Shown in pieces: positions 36,724 to 45,735 of a stretch of 64,000 nt of DNA (positions are counted from its first letter, which is position 1; every line of letters starts with the position of its first letter). The stretch lies in the IMG/VR virus record IMGVR_UViG_3300008954_000001; one strand, 5' to 3'. The DNA is from a virus (Duplodnaviria > Caudoviricetes). Both the position numbers and the translations under genes were made by a program. The notes beneath the pieces are model-generated. The model had not been told where the DNA came from. It did not search any database and saw only the letters and a list, made by a program, of their open reading frames with translations.

Positions 36724-37334
36724 AAGTAATCACACTGGCTCGGAAACCATTTGAAGGCACGGTCGCCAATAATGTTCTTACACGGGGTTGTGGTGGGATC
36801 AATATCGATGGTGCTCGCATCGCCGCCCCAAATGAAACGATTACGACCCACACGAAATCTAACGAAGCCGCCAAAGGTAAAGGCATCTTTGGAGCTTATG
36901 GTGGGTTCAAGACTCACCAGACTCCGGGTCAAAAGCTCGGACGGTTCCCCTCGAACACCATCTTTCAGCATCGCCCTGAATGTGTCTGTTTAGGCGCACA
37001 GAGGGTCGCTGGCCGAAGCTCTTGTAAAACCTCAAGTCTTGGGCAGGGGCGTAATGTCCCCGTCACCAGTGGTATCTACGGAGCCAAAAACAGCTTTATT
37101 GGTGTGGCCCATGTGGATGCCGATGGCACAGAAATCATCAATGCGTGGGAATGTGTAGATGGTTGTCCTGTGAAAGCGTTGGACGATCAAAGTGGTGTTC
37201 TCACCAGTGGGAAGATGGCCCAAGAGGTGAAGGGCAACCAGTTCAATGTCTACGGTAAAATGTACGACCGCTATGTCGAAACCCATGGGGATTCAGGTGG
37301 AGCCTCCCGCTTCTTTAAGCAGGTGAAACCATGA
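36720..37334 (+). CDS. Array module 5
   Basis: Same blocks (GRFP variant); ATGA overlap. Confidence 0.75.
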   Translation: MKVITLARKPFEGTVANNVLTRGCGGINIDGARIAAPNETITTHTKSNEAAKGKGIFGAYGGFKTHQTPGQKLGRFPSNTIFQHRPECVCLGAQRVAGRSSCKTSSLGQGRNVPVTSGIYGAKNSFIGVAHVDADGTEIINAWECVDGCPVKALDDQSGVLTSGKMAQEVKGNQFNVYGKMYDRYVETHGDSGGASRFFKQVKP

Positions 37335-37966
37335 AGGTGCTCACGTTGGCTCGCAAACCCTTCAAGGGGACCGTAGCCCACAATATGCTTACGCATGGTT
37401 GTGGTGGGATCAACATAAAGGCATCAAGAGTGGGTTCTGAACAGGTTTCGACCCACAGCCGTGGATCAAATCAAGCATTCCCCAAACGGCCAACTGAAAC
37501 CACTGTGGAGGAGTCGGGGCGTAAAGCCCGTCAAGACATATTGGATCACGCTCCCCGAACGGGAAGATGGCCCACCAACCTCATACTAAGTCATCTCGAC
37601 GGGTGTAGAATCGAAGGCACTCGCAAGGTCAAATGCAGCAATCCCACAAGGGCTGACGGGACCATCCGAACAGGTGACAATGAGATATACGGGAAAAGAG
37701 ACGACGTTCCCTTGTCGAACACCAACTACGCAGACGAGAGCGGTATGGAAGAGACTCCTAACTGGGTTTGTGTTGAAGGTTGCCCTGTAAAAGCCTTGGA
37801 CGAACAGAGTGGGGTTTCGCAAAGCCCGTCTACATACACCCGTTCCGTCGCCTCTGGCAATTTAATGGTGTGGGGGGAAGGAGTGGGAGATAAGGCTGGA
37901 GTGGAGTCTCTTAACTATGGTGACAGCGGAGGGGCTTCCCGTTTTTTCAAACAGGTGAAGCCGTGA
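37331..37966 (+). CDS. Array module 6
   Basis: Same blocks; ATGA overlap. Confidence 0.75.
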   Translation: MKVLTLARKPFKGTVAHNMLTHGCGGINIKASRVGSEQVSTHSRGSNQAFPKRPTETTVEESGRKARQDILDHAPRTGRWPTNLILSHLDGCRIEGTRKVKCSNPTRADGTIRTGDNEIYGKRDDVPLSNTNYADESGMEETPNWVCVEGCPVKALDEQSGVSQSPSTYTRSVASGNLMVWGEGVGDKAGVESLNYGDSGGASRFFKQVKP

Positions 37967-38400
37967 GGGGGTTGGTTAGGTATCAACTCAAAGACCCGAC
38001 ATGGGGGGAGTTCACAGTTTTTAGACCGATCCCAAAAGACGGGGATCTTTGGGGCTGTCTCACCTCCCTAAAAGGCACCGAATGGGAGAAAATGATCCCC
38101 GTTGTTTCGGGGGAAAACCTATCCCATGCCCTACACGGGTATATCGCCCCCCTGCTGAAAGAAATCGGGCCAGAGCCACGGTTGTTGGCGAAGCAGGTAG
38201 GCCAGAAACAAGGCCGCTGTGCGCTCTATAAAACCTGTGTGGCCGCCGAACCCAGTTGCCTTCCCGCTGGACCCCCACCTGATTGTTATGAAGCCCCTAT
38301 GGAAGATTATGGAGCTTCTTTTGCCGCCACAACCGTTGTTTTGTGCTGGAAAACAGGGGGTTGGGTGGTTGTCGTGGGGGAGGGTGAATTTTCGATTTGA
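37963..38400 (+). CDS. Hypothetical Cys-containing protein
   Basis: GTGA-coupled to module 6; C-x4-C-x6-C-x7-C cluster. Confidence 0.65.
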   Translation: MRGLVRYQLKDPTWGEFTVFRPIPKDGDLWGCLTSLKGTEWEKMIPVVSGENLSHALHGYIAPLLKEIGPEPRLLAKQVGQKQGRCALYKTCVAAEPSCLPAGPPPDCYEAPMEDYGASFAATTVVLCWKTGGWVVVVGEGEFSI

Positions 38401-38427
38401 GGGGGCCGTTTGCCTTCCATTTCAGTA
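38401..38427 (+). promoter_or_regulatory. Degenerate class A element GGGGG-CCGTT-N12-CAGTA
   Basis: Same spacing as the five class A copies; followed by CAAT; upstream of the polymerase gene. Confidence 0.35.
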
Positions 38428-38461
38428 CAATTTGTAGAGAAAGCGAGGAGTAGAAGTAAAA

Positions 38462-41161
38462 ATGTCCTTTTTCGAGCAGTTATATGACTCTGTAAGGCCA
38501 GAAATTGAGCAACATCCGTGGATGACACAATGCACAATGACTCTGGTAACCACTGAAGCACAGCTAAAGGCGTGTGTGGATCAGTGTATTGCGGCGGGGT
38601 TGTACGCCTTGGATTTGGAGACCACGGGGCTGGATAGCCGAGTTTTTGACGGGGAAACCCGTGCGAAGATCGTAGGTTTTTGTCTCTCTCCTGATGAAAA
38701 TACGGGGTTTTATATCCCTGTACGACACCACAAGGGGGTCAATATCCCTTGGACGGTAGCCCACCGTGAGATGTCCCGATTGGGGGCTTCTGATGCCGTC
38801 GCCATTTTCCACAACGCTAAGTTTGACCAAGAGTTTTTGGAGTTCACTGGACTCGGATCGATTGGTGATTGGGATGACCCAAAGCGGTGGCACGATACGT
38901 TAATCATGGCGTATATCCGAAACCAGAAGGCCCGCCAAAAGGGGCTGAAGTTTCTGAGTAAGTCAGAGCTTGATTGTGAAATGATTGAGTTGCCTGACCT
39001 ATTTGGACCTGCCCATAAAGGCGACTTGGACTTTTCCTTGCTCGATTCGGCATGGGAACCCTGTCTTTGGTATGCCGCAGCCGACGCTATTTGCACCTTT
39101 AGGCTATTCAAGCACCTTGCTAAAGAGCTTGAAAGGCCGATTGAGGGCATTGCCCCCCTTTCGGGCATCTACACCATCGAAAAACTGGCTTTGACTGCGA
39201 CACGGTGGATGGAGCGGTGCCGCATCCAAATCGACCAAAGCAAAGCAAAGGAACTGATTCGTATCGGCCAAAAAGAGTGGTGGGAGTCTGTTTCCGATGT
39301 GTACAACTCAGCCCAAGACACTTTGGGGCGGGATGTGCGTCCTGCATGGGTCAAGTTGTTAGCTGGCGACCTTAAAAGTGGCCTGTCTTTTGACCCCGAC
39401 GAAGTAAGCCCTTCTTATATGGATCGGGTAAAGGAAGCTCGAAGCCATGCGAGGCGTATGAAGATGGATGCCGATGGTGTTGTCACAAAAGAAGTGACCT
39501 CATTGACATCAGATAAGAGCGAATCGGTGAACTTCCCTTTAGTGTACGACATTCTATCGGGGGATCAGCTTGGTAAGCTCTTTCGTGAACTGAAGGTTCC
39601 AGGGCTTCGGGCTACCGAAAAGTCAGGCCAAGTGAAGACCAGCAAAGATGAATTGGATCGAGTTGTTGAAGAGGCTGGCGAACGGTTCCCCTATATGGCG
39701 AAGATCAAGCGGTTCCGAGAGGTATCGAAGGCTCTATCGACCTATTTGATTTCCATGGTCGAGGACGCTGCTCCAGATGGATCGCTGAAAGCTAATTTCA
39801 ATGGTTTGCGTACAGACACGGGTCGCTTTTCGGCCCCTGTATCCAAACGCCCTAAAGTAGATGGTGGTTGTCGTGTGCCTTGGCAGGGGATGCCTTCGGG
39901 CTACGACCCCAACCGCCCCGAATGTTTGAAACGCTTGCGTGAATGTATTGTTGGGCGAGGCAATCGAGTTTTGATTGCCATCGACTACGCAGGGGTTGAG
40001 CTTCGTATCGCAACGAATCTTTCACTCGAACCCAAGTGGGCGAACGAGTATTTCCGTTGCGCCGATTGTGAGAAGAAGTTCGATAAAGGGGATGGAAAAG
40101 TCACCCCCTCTGCACCACCCCCGTTCTGTCCGAAATGTGGTTCAGATAAGATTGGGGATCTCCATAGCTTGACCACCATTATGTTGTATGGCGATGCCAT
40201 CAGGAAAGACAAGAAGGCATTCAAAGCCAAGCGACAGATTGGGAAGCAAACCAACTTCCTACTCTGTTACGGCGGTGGGCCTAATGCCCTTGTGCAACAG
40301 ATTGGTTTGGATCGGAGTGAGGCCGAACGGGTCAAGAGCACCTTCGACAAGCAATACCCCGCCTTGCGGAATTGGTGGGACCGCCAACACCGTTTTGGTC
40401 GCAAGTATGCGTTTGTATGCACGGCGTTCGGTCGTCGCTGTCCTGTACCTGACATCAACATGCCGAGATACGACAAGAAAACGGGTCGGCGTAACGGTTC
40501 TTTCATTTCCAAAGCTGAACGAAATGCGGTGAACGCTCCAGTACAAGGGACGTCTGCCGATATAACTAAGATGGCTATGGGCCTAATCTACCGCCACGCC
40601 AAAAAGAACGGCTGGTTGGATCGTATGGGAATGGTAATCACGATGCACGACGAACTTGTTTTCGATGTAGAGCCTTCGTTGGTGAAGGAATTCCTCGATG
40701 TCGTGCCTCGGATCATGTCCTCTAATAAGATGGTTCGTAGCCGAAAGTGGCCTATCCCCCTTACCGTAGACATTGAGATGGGTAAGGATTGGACGGTCCC
40801 TTACAATATTACCGAAATCCAAGAAACGAAAAAGGTTCCCGATGGGTTGAGGGATCTTCTTGGTGATTATGTGGATGACCTTATTGCGGACACCCCCACA
40901 GTTGAGGCACCTACCGATGCCCCACCTAAAACGAACGGGAAGTTCCAATATGAAATTAGTGGTCCACTTACAGTTCAGTTAGCGATCCGATTGGCGAAAG
41001 CCATTGAAGCTGCCCGTTCCCCTACGGGGAAGATTCTGAGTTTAGGAGGACCACACGGGGCAGTAGTAGCTAAACGTGCCTTTCAAGGCCGTCCCCCCCG
41101 TATTAATACGGAGGTTTTTATGAGTCTCGTTGGAGATTCAAAAGGAGAATATGATGAGTAG
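38462..41161 (+). CDS. polA: Family A DNA polymerase with 3'-5' exonuclease
   Basis: Exo ALDLETTG, FHNAKFD, YAAADA; TDTGRFS; motif A IDYAGVELR; motif B RQIGKQTNFLLCYG; motif C MHDELV. Confidence 0.92.
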   Translation: MSFFEQLYDSVRPEIEQHPWMTQCTMTLVTTEAQLKACVDQCIAAGLYALDLETTGLDSRVFDGETRAKIVGFCLSPDENTGFYIPVRHHKGVNIPWTVAHREMSRLGASDAVAIFHNAKFDQEFLEFTGLGSIGDWDDPKRWHDTLIMAYIRNQKARQKGLKFLSKSELDCEMIELPDLFGPAHKGDLDFSLLDSAWEPCLWYAAADAICTFRLFKHLAKELERPIEGIAPLSGIYTIEKLALTATRWMERCRIQIDQSKAKELIRIGQKEWWESVSDVYNSAQDTLGRDVRPAWVKLLAGDLKSGLSFDPDEVSPSYMDRVKEARSHARRMKMDADGVVTKEVTSLTSDKSESVNFPLVYDILSGDQLGKLFRELKVPGLRATEKSGQVKTSKDELDRVVEEAGERFPYMAKIKRFREVSKALSTYLISMVEDAAPDGSLKANFNGLRTDTGRFSAPVSKRPKVDGGCRVPWQGMPSGYDPNRPECLKRLRECIVGRGNRVLIAIDYAGVELRIATNLSLEPKWANEYFRCADCEKKFDKGDGKVTPSAPPPFCPKCGSDKIGDLHSLTTIMLYGDAIRKDKKAFKAKRQIGKQTNFLLCYGGGPNALVQQIGLDRSEAERVKSTFDKQYPALRNWWDRQHRFGRKYAFVCTAFGRRCPVPDINMPRYDKKTGRRNGSFISKAERNAVNAPVQGTSADITKMAMGLIYRHAKKNGWLDRMGMVITMHDELVFDVEPSLVKEFLDVVPRIMSSNKMVRSRKWPIPLTVDIEMGKDWTVPYNITEIQETKKVPDGLRDLLGDYVDDLIADTPTVEAPTDAPPKTNGKFQYEISGPLTVQLAIRLAKAIEAARSPTGKILSLGGPHGAVVAKRAFQGRPPRINTEVFMSLVGDSKGEYDE

Positions 41162-41486
41162 TACAGAAAACAATCCAGAAAACATTGAGGAAATCCTCAA
41201 ACTATGGGCACCGACCGTGATCAACATGGTTGAGCGGCAAGCTCGTACAGACTTTCTGCTAACTCTGCTCGAAGAACACGGGTTCTTTCCAAAAGGCTTC
41301 AATGAACTGGGAGATATTATCTTGGATAAGCTCCGCACACATGGCGATATTGAAGCAGTCCGAGAGGAAGCCCTGAAAACAAAGGTAATCCCTTGGGATT
41401 ATGCTCAAAAAGTCGGAAGGCTTAAAACTAAGATGCACAAGACCGATGCGGGTATCGCCAGCATCGCCCGACGACTCCTTCTATAA
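41130..41486 (+). CDS. Hypothetical protein (start probably about 41151-41154)
   Basis: AAGGAG RBS near 41142. Confidence 0.6.
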   Translation: MEIQKENMMSSTENNPENIEEILKLWAPTVINMVERQARTDFLLTLLEEHGFFPKGFNELGDIILDKLRTHGDIEAVREEALKTKVIPWDYAQKVGRLKTKMHKTDAGIASIARRLLL

Positions 41487-41530
41487 AACCTCCTTGGTAG
41501 GCATGGGTATTATGAACCCAAGGAGTTTCG

Positions 41531-42286
41531 ATGAAGAAGGACTTGTTCAATGAGTGCTTTGATGAACGCTTGCCCCCGGCTGCGTTCAAACAAGTCTTTT
41601 GCGGCCATTGTCGGAACCCAACCTGCTCTTTAGCAGGTTGGGCCGCTGACCAATTTGGTGCTCGAAACGCTATCCAAGAAGAGCGTCTCTACAACCCAAA
41701 TGTCGCCCACCCTGACGACCCTCGATATGGTCGCCTAAAAGAACAGGACTTCCCTTCTCTCTTCCATAAAGCAGTCCGTTTAGAAATAGCGGATCGTAGA
41801 GGGGATTGGAGCCTTCCTGAGTCTAATGTGGTTCTGGCTCCAATTGATCCCGAACCAGCCTCTTCAGAATCACAAGACTTAGTGAAGGAAGCTGTTCTTT
41901 CCCTAAAGAGGGAAAACAACCCTGAAACGATTTCTGATGAGGTTATAGATCGGGGTTCCTCGGATACGCCTGAGAGCGAACTCCGGGATCAAGAGGATCA
42001 AGATCAGGTCACCCCCCCTGAAATTCCCCCCGAACAGCCAGAGCAAAATCTGGCATCGAAAACAGAAAAAACCGAAAAAAGTTTGGAGGCTTCTGCGAAA
42101 GCCTCCGTTGAACGCCACCAACACCCGAATCAAAAAAATACGGATTTTGAAGAAGGTTTGATGTTGGAGGGGGCTTCGGAATTTCCTTCTGACGAAAAAA
42201 CTAAGCAGCAACGAGTTCAGGACTCTTGGAAGCCCTCCAAAGTGATCGAACCTGGCTCCACCGTGAATATGGGAAAAAAGAAATGA
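41531..42286 (+). CDS. Hypothetical protein with N-terminal CxxC-x4-C and acidic low-complexity C-half
   Basis: FCGHCRNPTC; AAGGAG RBS. Confidence 0.7.
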   Translation: MKKDLFNECFDERLPPAAFKQVFCGHCRNPTCSLAGWAADQFGARNAIQEERLYNPNVAHPDDPRYGRLKEQDFPSLFHKAVRLEIADRRGDWSLPESNVVLAPIDPEPASSESQDLVKEAVLSLKRENNPETISDEVIDRGSSDTPESELRDQEDQDQVTPPEIPPEQPEQNLASKTEKTEKSLEASAKASVERHQHPNQKNTDFEEGLMLEGASEFPSDEKTKQQRVQDSWKPSKVIEPGSTVNMGKKK

Positions 42287-43290
42287 GCAAAGCCGAAGAA
42301 GATAAATTAGAAGAACGCTTGGGCGAGATCGCCCGCAAACTTTACGAAGACTCTCCCGAACTCCAAGAAATCATCGATAAGGTGAACAGTGGGGAGTTGG
42401 ACGAGTCCGAGGCTATGGCTCAAATGATGCGGTCTGTGTCTGAAAACGCCGAATTGGAAACCAGCCTCACTACGTTTGCGAAAGAGGAAATGGCAAACAT
42501 TGAAAGCGACCTAAAGGCCCAAAACCCCGCTCTCTTTCAGGCGGCCTCTGGACTTCCAAAGCTCGACCCTATGTTTGAAGCCCGCCTTTATGAGCGTATT
42601 CAATTCGATGAGGACGCTCCTGAGTTACGGGTCGGCCCCCTCCCCCCAGGAGTGAAGCCCGCCGTTCCCGTTCTAAATGCTTCTCCGAACCCTGTGGCCC
42701 TTGGCGCAGCCTTGAAGAACGCTTCAACCGAAATGGATGCAGAAATCGCTGCCCTCCTCGAAACCGGGGGGCAACGAGAAACCGCCCTCACCAAAACAGG
42801 ACACTCCAACCTTCCCCAACCCACGGGGTATCAGCCAGGGGCTTTGCCTACTTTGGTGAATGTTGCCGTACCCTCTGGAGCCGCTTTAGCCTTATTCACC
42901 GTGCCAGAAAACCAAGAGTTGGCTTGGTCCGCCGCTGTGACCACTCAAGGGCGGCGTAGTGCTTCAATGACTATCCAACGCCTAATCACGGAGCATTTAG
43001 GTCGAGTTGGCTTTGATGTGAAAAGCCGTAACATGGTGAAATCAACCGAAGGTATCCTCGCAAAAGCTACATGGACCTTCTCTATTGCGGGGTCGGGTGC
43101 TGAATCCACCCAAAGCAACTTCAGCCCCGTGTCTAATGCCGCCGCAGCGATTGCTAACGAAATCGCCAATAACTTCACGGGTTCAGACGGTATGGTGGAT
43201 ATATCTACCCCATTATGGTTCGAGATAACCACTGTCGATCTTATTGATGAGCGACAGGTTGGATGGGCCGCACTTGTACGGAGTCGATGA
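42283..43290 (+). CDS. Hypothetical protein
   Basis: ATGA-coupled start at 42283. Confidence 0.7.
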   Translation: MSKAEEDKLEERLGEIARKLYEDSPELQEIIDKVNSGELDESEAMAQMMRSVSENAELETSLTTFAKEEMANIESDLKAQNPALFQAASGLPKLDPMFEARLYERIQFDEDAPELRVGPLPPGVKPAVPVLNASPNPVALGAALKNASTEMDAEIAALLETGGQRETALTKTGHSNLPQPTGYQPGALPTLVNVAVPSGAALALFTVPENQELAWSAAVTTQGRRSASMTIQRLITEHLGRVGFDVKSRNMVKSTEGILAKATWTFSIAGSGAESTQSNFSPVSNAAAAIANEIANNFTGSDGMVDISTPLWFEITTVDLIDERQVGWAALVRSR

Positions 43291-43610
43291 TGGCTAAAGG
43301 AACCCCAAGCGAAATCGCCGCAGCTTGTTGCGAGCTTCAAGATGCCAGAATGCGATCTGCCCAAGACGGCTATTGGAGGGTTGTTTTGACCCCCAACAAT
43401 ACAATTGGAAAGATTCTAAAGAAGACTCTTTCTGCTTGTGGAGGTGGCTCAGGCCGAACGGAAACTTTCACCAATCGAGGAAAAGTATCCGTCACCTCAG
43501 ACCCAATACCTTTTGGCGACCCTGACGCAATCCTTATCCGTGTAGGTTGGTGGGGAAACCCCCCTTATGAAGCAGCCGAAACATGGCAAACTCACTGTAA
43601 AGGCACCTGA
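43287..43610 (+). CDS. Hypothetical protein
   Basis: ATGA-coupled start at 43287. Confidence 0.6.
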   Translation: MMAKGTPSEIAAACCELQDARMRSAQDGYWRVVLTPNNTIGKILKKTLSACGGGSGRTETFTNRGKVSVTSDPIPFGDPDAILIRVGWWGNPPYEAAETWQTHCKGT

Positions 43611-43612
43611 AA

Positions 43613-44038
43613 ATGGCTGATAGGTTGTGGACCGTTTTGATTAAAGGCGGAGCGGAGGTATCATTTAAGGGGCAAGGGTCAATCCAACACCATGACGGAA
43701 CTCGCAGTATCTGGAAAATTCGAGGTACGAGAGCCGCCGTTGATGAAGTTTTGGCTACGGCTCAAAGTATCGGGTGTTTTGTGGAAGTGTTTGAAGGCAG
43801 TCAAACTGAAGAACAACAAGCTATTCGGAACAATCTGTTAGGGGTTCAACGAGAAGGCTTTGTGTTCCAGACCGAGAAATGCCCCGAATGTTATTGGTTC
43901 GATCCCCTTACCAAAAACAACTGTGGGCATACCGATTGGCCACTCGAAACCATAGCCGCTTCACGCCAATTCCATGAGAAGGCCCGGTTGGACCAAAGCT
44001 CGTGTCCTCTCAATGGTTCGCCTATTGAGCAGGTATAG
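43613..44038 (+). CDS. Hypothetical protein with Cys cluster (CPEC...C...C)
   Basis: Contiguous ORF. Confidence 0.6.
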   Translation: MADRLWTVLIKGGAEVSFKGQGSIQHHDGTRSIWKIRGTRAAVDEVLATAQSIGCFVEVFEGSQTEEQQAIRNNLLGVQREGFVFQTEKCPECYWFDPLTKNNCGHTDWPLETIAASRQFHEKARLDQSSCPLNGSPIEQV

Positions 44039-44061
44039 CGACAGCCTGAGGGAGAATTCCT

Positions 44062-44400
44062 ATGAATAAGACCTTACTTTTGATGGCCCTTTTAGGGTTC
44101 GGCACCCCCGCATTAGCGGAAGATGCTGTGCCTAAGAATGAGGCCCTGCACCCCACTACGGAAGGGACAGCGGTCGTGTACCCTGTGTTCTACGCTGTGG
44201 AATTTTCCGTTGATGGGTACTCGGTTGTGCATCCCAAAAAAGTTGACGGATCGTACACAACTCCCGTGAAGCCTAAAGCTGCACCCCTTCCCCACTCAAA
44301 AGAAGTGCTAAATGTGCTTCCTATCCAAATCTCGCCCAAAATCTTTCTGAGCAGACTTACAAAAGTCATTGATGATCAGCTTGATACACCTAAGCCCTGA
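44062..44400 (+). CDS. Secreted hypothetical protein
   Basis: Signal peptide MNKTLLLMALLGFGTPALA; GAGGGAG RBS. Confidence 0.6.
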   Translation: MNKTLLLMALLGFGTPALAEDAVPKNEALHPTTEGTAVVYPVFYAVEFSVDGYSVVHPKKVDGSYTTPVKPKAAPLPHSKEVLNVLPIQISPKIFLSRLTKVIDDQLDTPKP

Positions 44401-44442
44401 CCTTTCCCCTACGATCTTTCGTATAAGAGGGGGAGGGCAGAA

Positions 44443-45105
44443 ATGGCCAGAAAGAGAAAAGACCAACGCTTCGTTGTAGATGACGCTGTAGAGCAACAGG
44501 TCTTCTCTCTCTTGGGCGATCAAAGTAAGCAAGCCCAAACCCTTATCGAGCTTCGGGAAGCCCTTACAACGCAAGTGGAGCGGGTTTCTGAGGCTTTAGA
44601 AGCTATCTCTACCGACCTCTTGGCCCAAACCGTTGCCCTTGGCACAGGGAGGCGGGGGGAAGCTCGCTTTGAAGTCGATCCAGATGGGAAATTGGTTCTG
44701 GTTGTATCCTATGGTGGGGAAGCTCTCGATCCACTAAATCGAGGGGACTTGAAGCCAGCTTGGATCAAACGAAATGATCGAAAGCCTCGCCAAAGCGTAG
44801 AACCCCCCAAAGCCGTAGAACCCCCCAAAAAGAAGAAGGGGTTCATCAAGACCGCACCCGCCATCTCCAAACCCACTCCTGTCACTCCTGTCACTTCAAA
44901 TATGGATGACTTAGATGATCTCTTGGTGGGTTTTGGAGAGGACGAACTCACCGAAACGGTAAGTGCGGAAGTACCTGAAGCCTACACGCCCCCTGCCCGA
45001 TCTCGCCTACGGCGGATACCAGGGCAAAAGGTAACGAAGTCAAAAGGTAACGGAAAAGGGTCTCTTTCGAGTTTATTGTCTTTAGACAAAGAAAACGAGG
45101 ACTGA
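44443..45105 (+). CDS. Hypothetical protein with coiled-coil N-part and Pro/Lys-rich tail
   Basis: GGAGG RBS; xVEPPK and PVT repeats. Confidence 0.65.
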   Translation: MARKRKDQRFVVDDAVEQQVFSLLGDQSKQAQTLIELREALTTQVERVSEALEAISTDLLAQTVALGTGRRGEARFEVDPDGKLVLVVSYGGEALDPLNRGDLKPAWIKRNDRKPRQSVEPPKAVEPPKKKKGFIKTAPAISKPTPVTPVTSNMDDLDDLLVGFGEDELTETVSAEVPEAYTPPARSRLRRIPGQKVTKSKGNGKGSLSSLLSLDKENED

Positions 45106-45153
45106 CCCTTACGGGGCAATCCTCGTTTCATAAGCTCTTTTGAGAAGCGTCTG

Positions 45154-45711
45154 TTAGCCAGCGAAAGTAAGCTGAAGCGTACAACCCTGACCACCACCGT
45201 TGTCCGACCATGTGCAAGTAAGCACATCATCAGCAGACAGGTCGGCGGCTTCGTCTTCGAGAGTCAGTTCGCCCAAGCCAGTGACAGCAGCACCGTCAGC
45301 AGCCGTGACCATATCGTCTCCATCGGAGTTCTGAATGGTCATCGTAGCACCAGCATCGGAAGCACCAGAGGTGACAATGCTTGCACCAACGAGCTTGCCC
45401 AACGCTCCAATCGCAACGACATCCGCATCAGCCAAGACCACTGAAAGGGTCTGACCAACGGAATCGCCACGCTCGAAGGTAGCGGAAGCGAAACCAGCAG
45501 AAATCGCAGAGCGAATCACGCCAGACTCGAAGCTACGAGCAACGTCAGCGGTGTAAACAAGGTCGCTGGTTCCACTTTCGGGAACATACACGGCACCAGC
45601 CTTGCTGTTCTCGTGAATGGGGCCATCGGTGGCATCATTTACATCAGAAATAAGAAGGGAACCGTCGCTTGCGCCAAGGTGGGTTACCCGAATGAACAAT
45701 CCTTCAGCCAT
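45154..45711 (-). CDS. Acidic Ala/Gly-rich probable virion protein, paralog B
   Basis: Starts MAEGLFIRV; shares DVARSFESG with the upstream paralog. Confidence 0.65.
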   Translation of the reverse strand: MAEGLFIRVTHLGASDGSLLISDVNDATDGPIHENSKAGAVYVPESGTSDLVYTADVARSFESGVIRSAISAGFASATFERGDSVGQTLSVVLADADVVAIGALGKLVGASIVTSGASDAGATMTIQNSDGDDMVTAADGAAVTGLGELTLEDEAADLSADDVLTCTWSDNGGGQGCTLQLTFAG

Positions 45712-45735
45712 GATATTTCTCCTTAGATAGACTGT

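Noticed and set aside
34177-37966. Array as a diversity-generating retroelement or a frameshifted polyprotein
   Set aside because: No reverse transcriptase or adenine-specific TR/VR pair in the window; junctions lack slippery heptamers and carry RBS-like sequences, consistent with translational coupling.
34177-37966. Calling the modules functional DNA methyltransferases
   Set aside because: No catalytic DPPY/NPPY or SAM-binding FxGxG motif in any copy.
22289-41161. Inteins in UvrD, SNF2, helicase or polymerase
   Set aside because: The insertions lack C/S-start, HN-C/S/T ends and LAGLIDADG motifs.
44793-44900. Short tandem repeats (GTAGAACCCCCCAAA x2; ACTCCTGTC x2)
   Set aside because: In-frame low-complexity coding repeats (VEPPK, TPV) in a linker.
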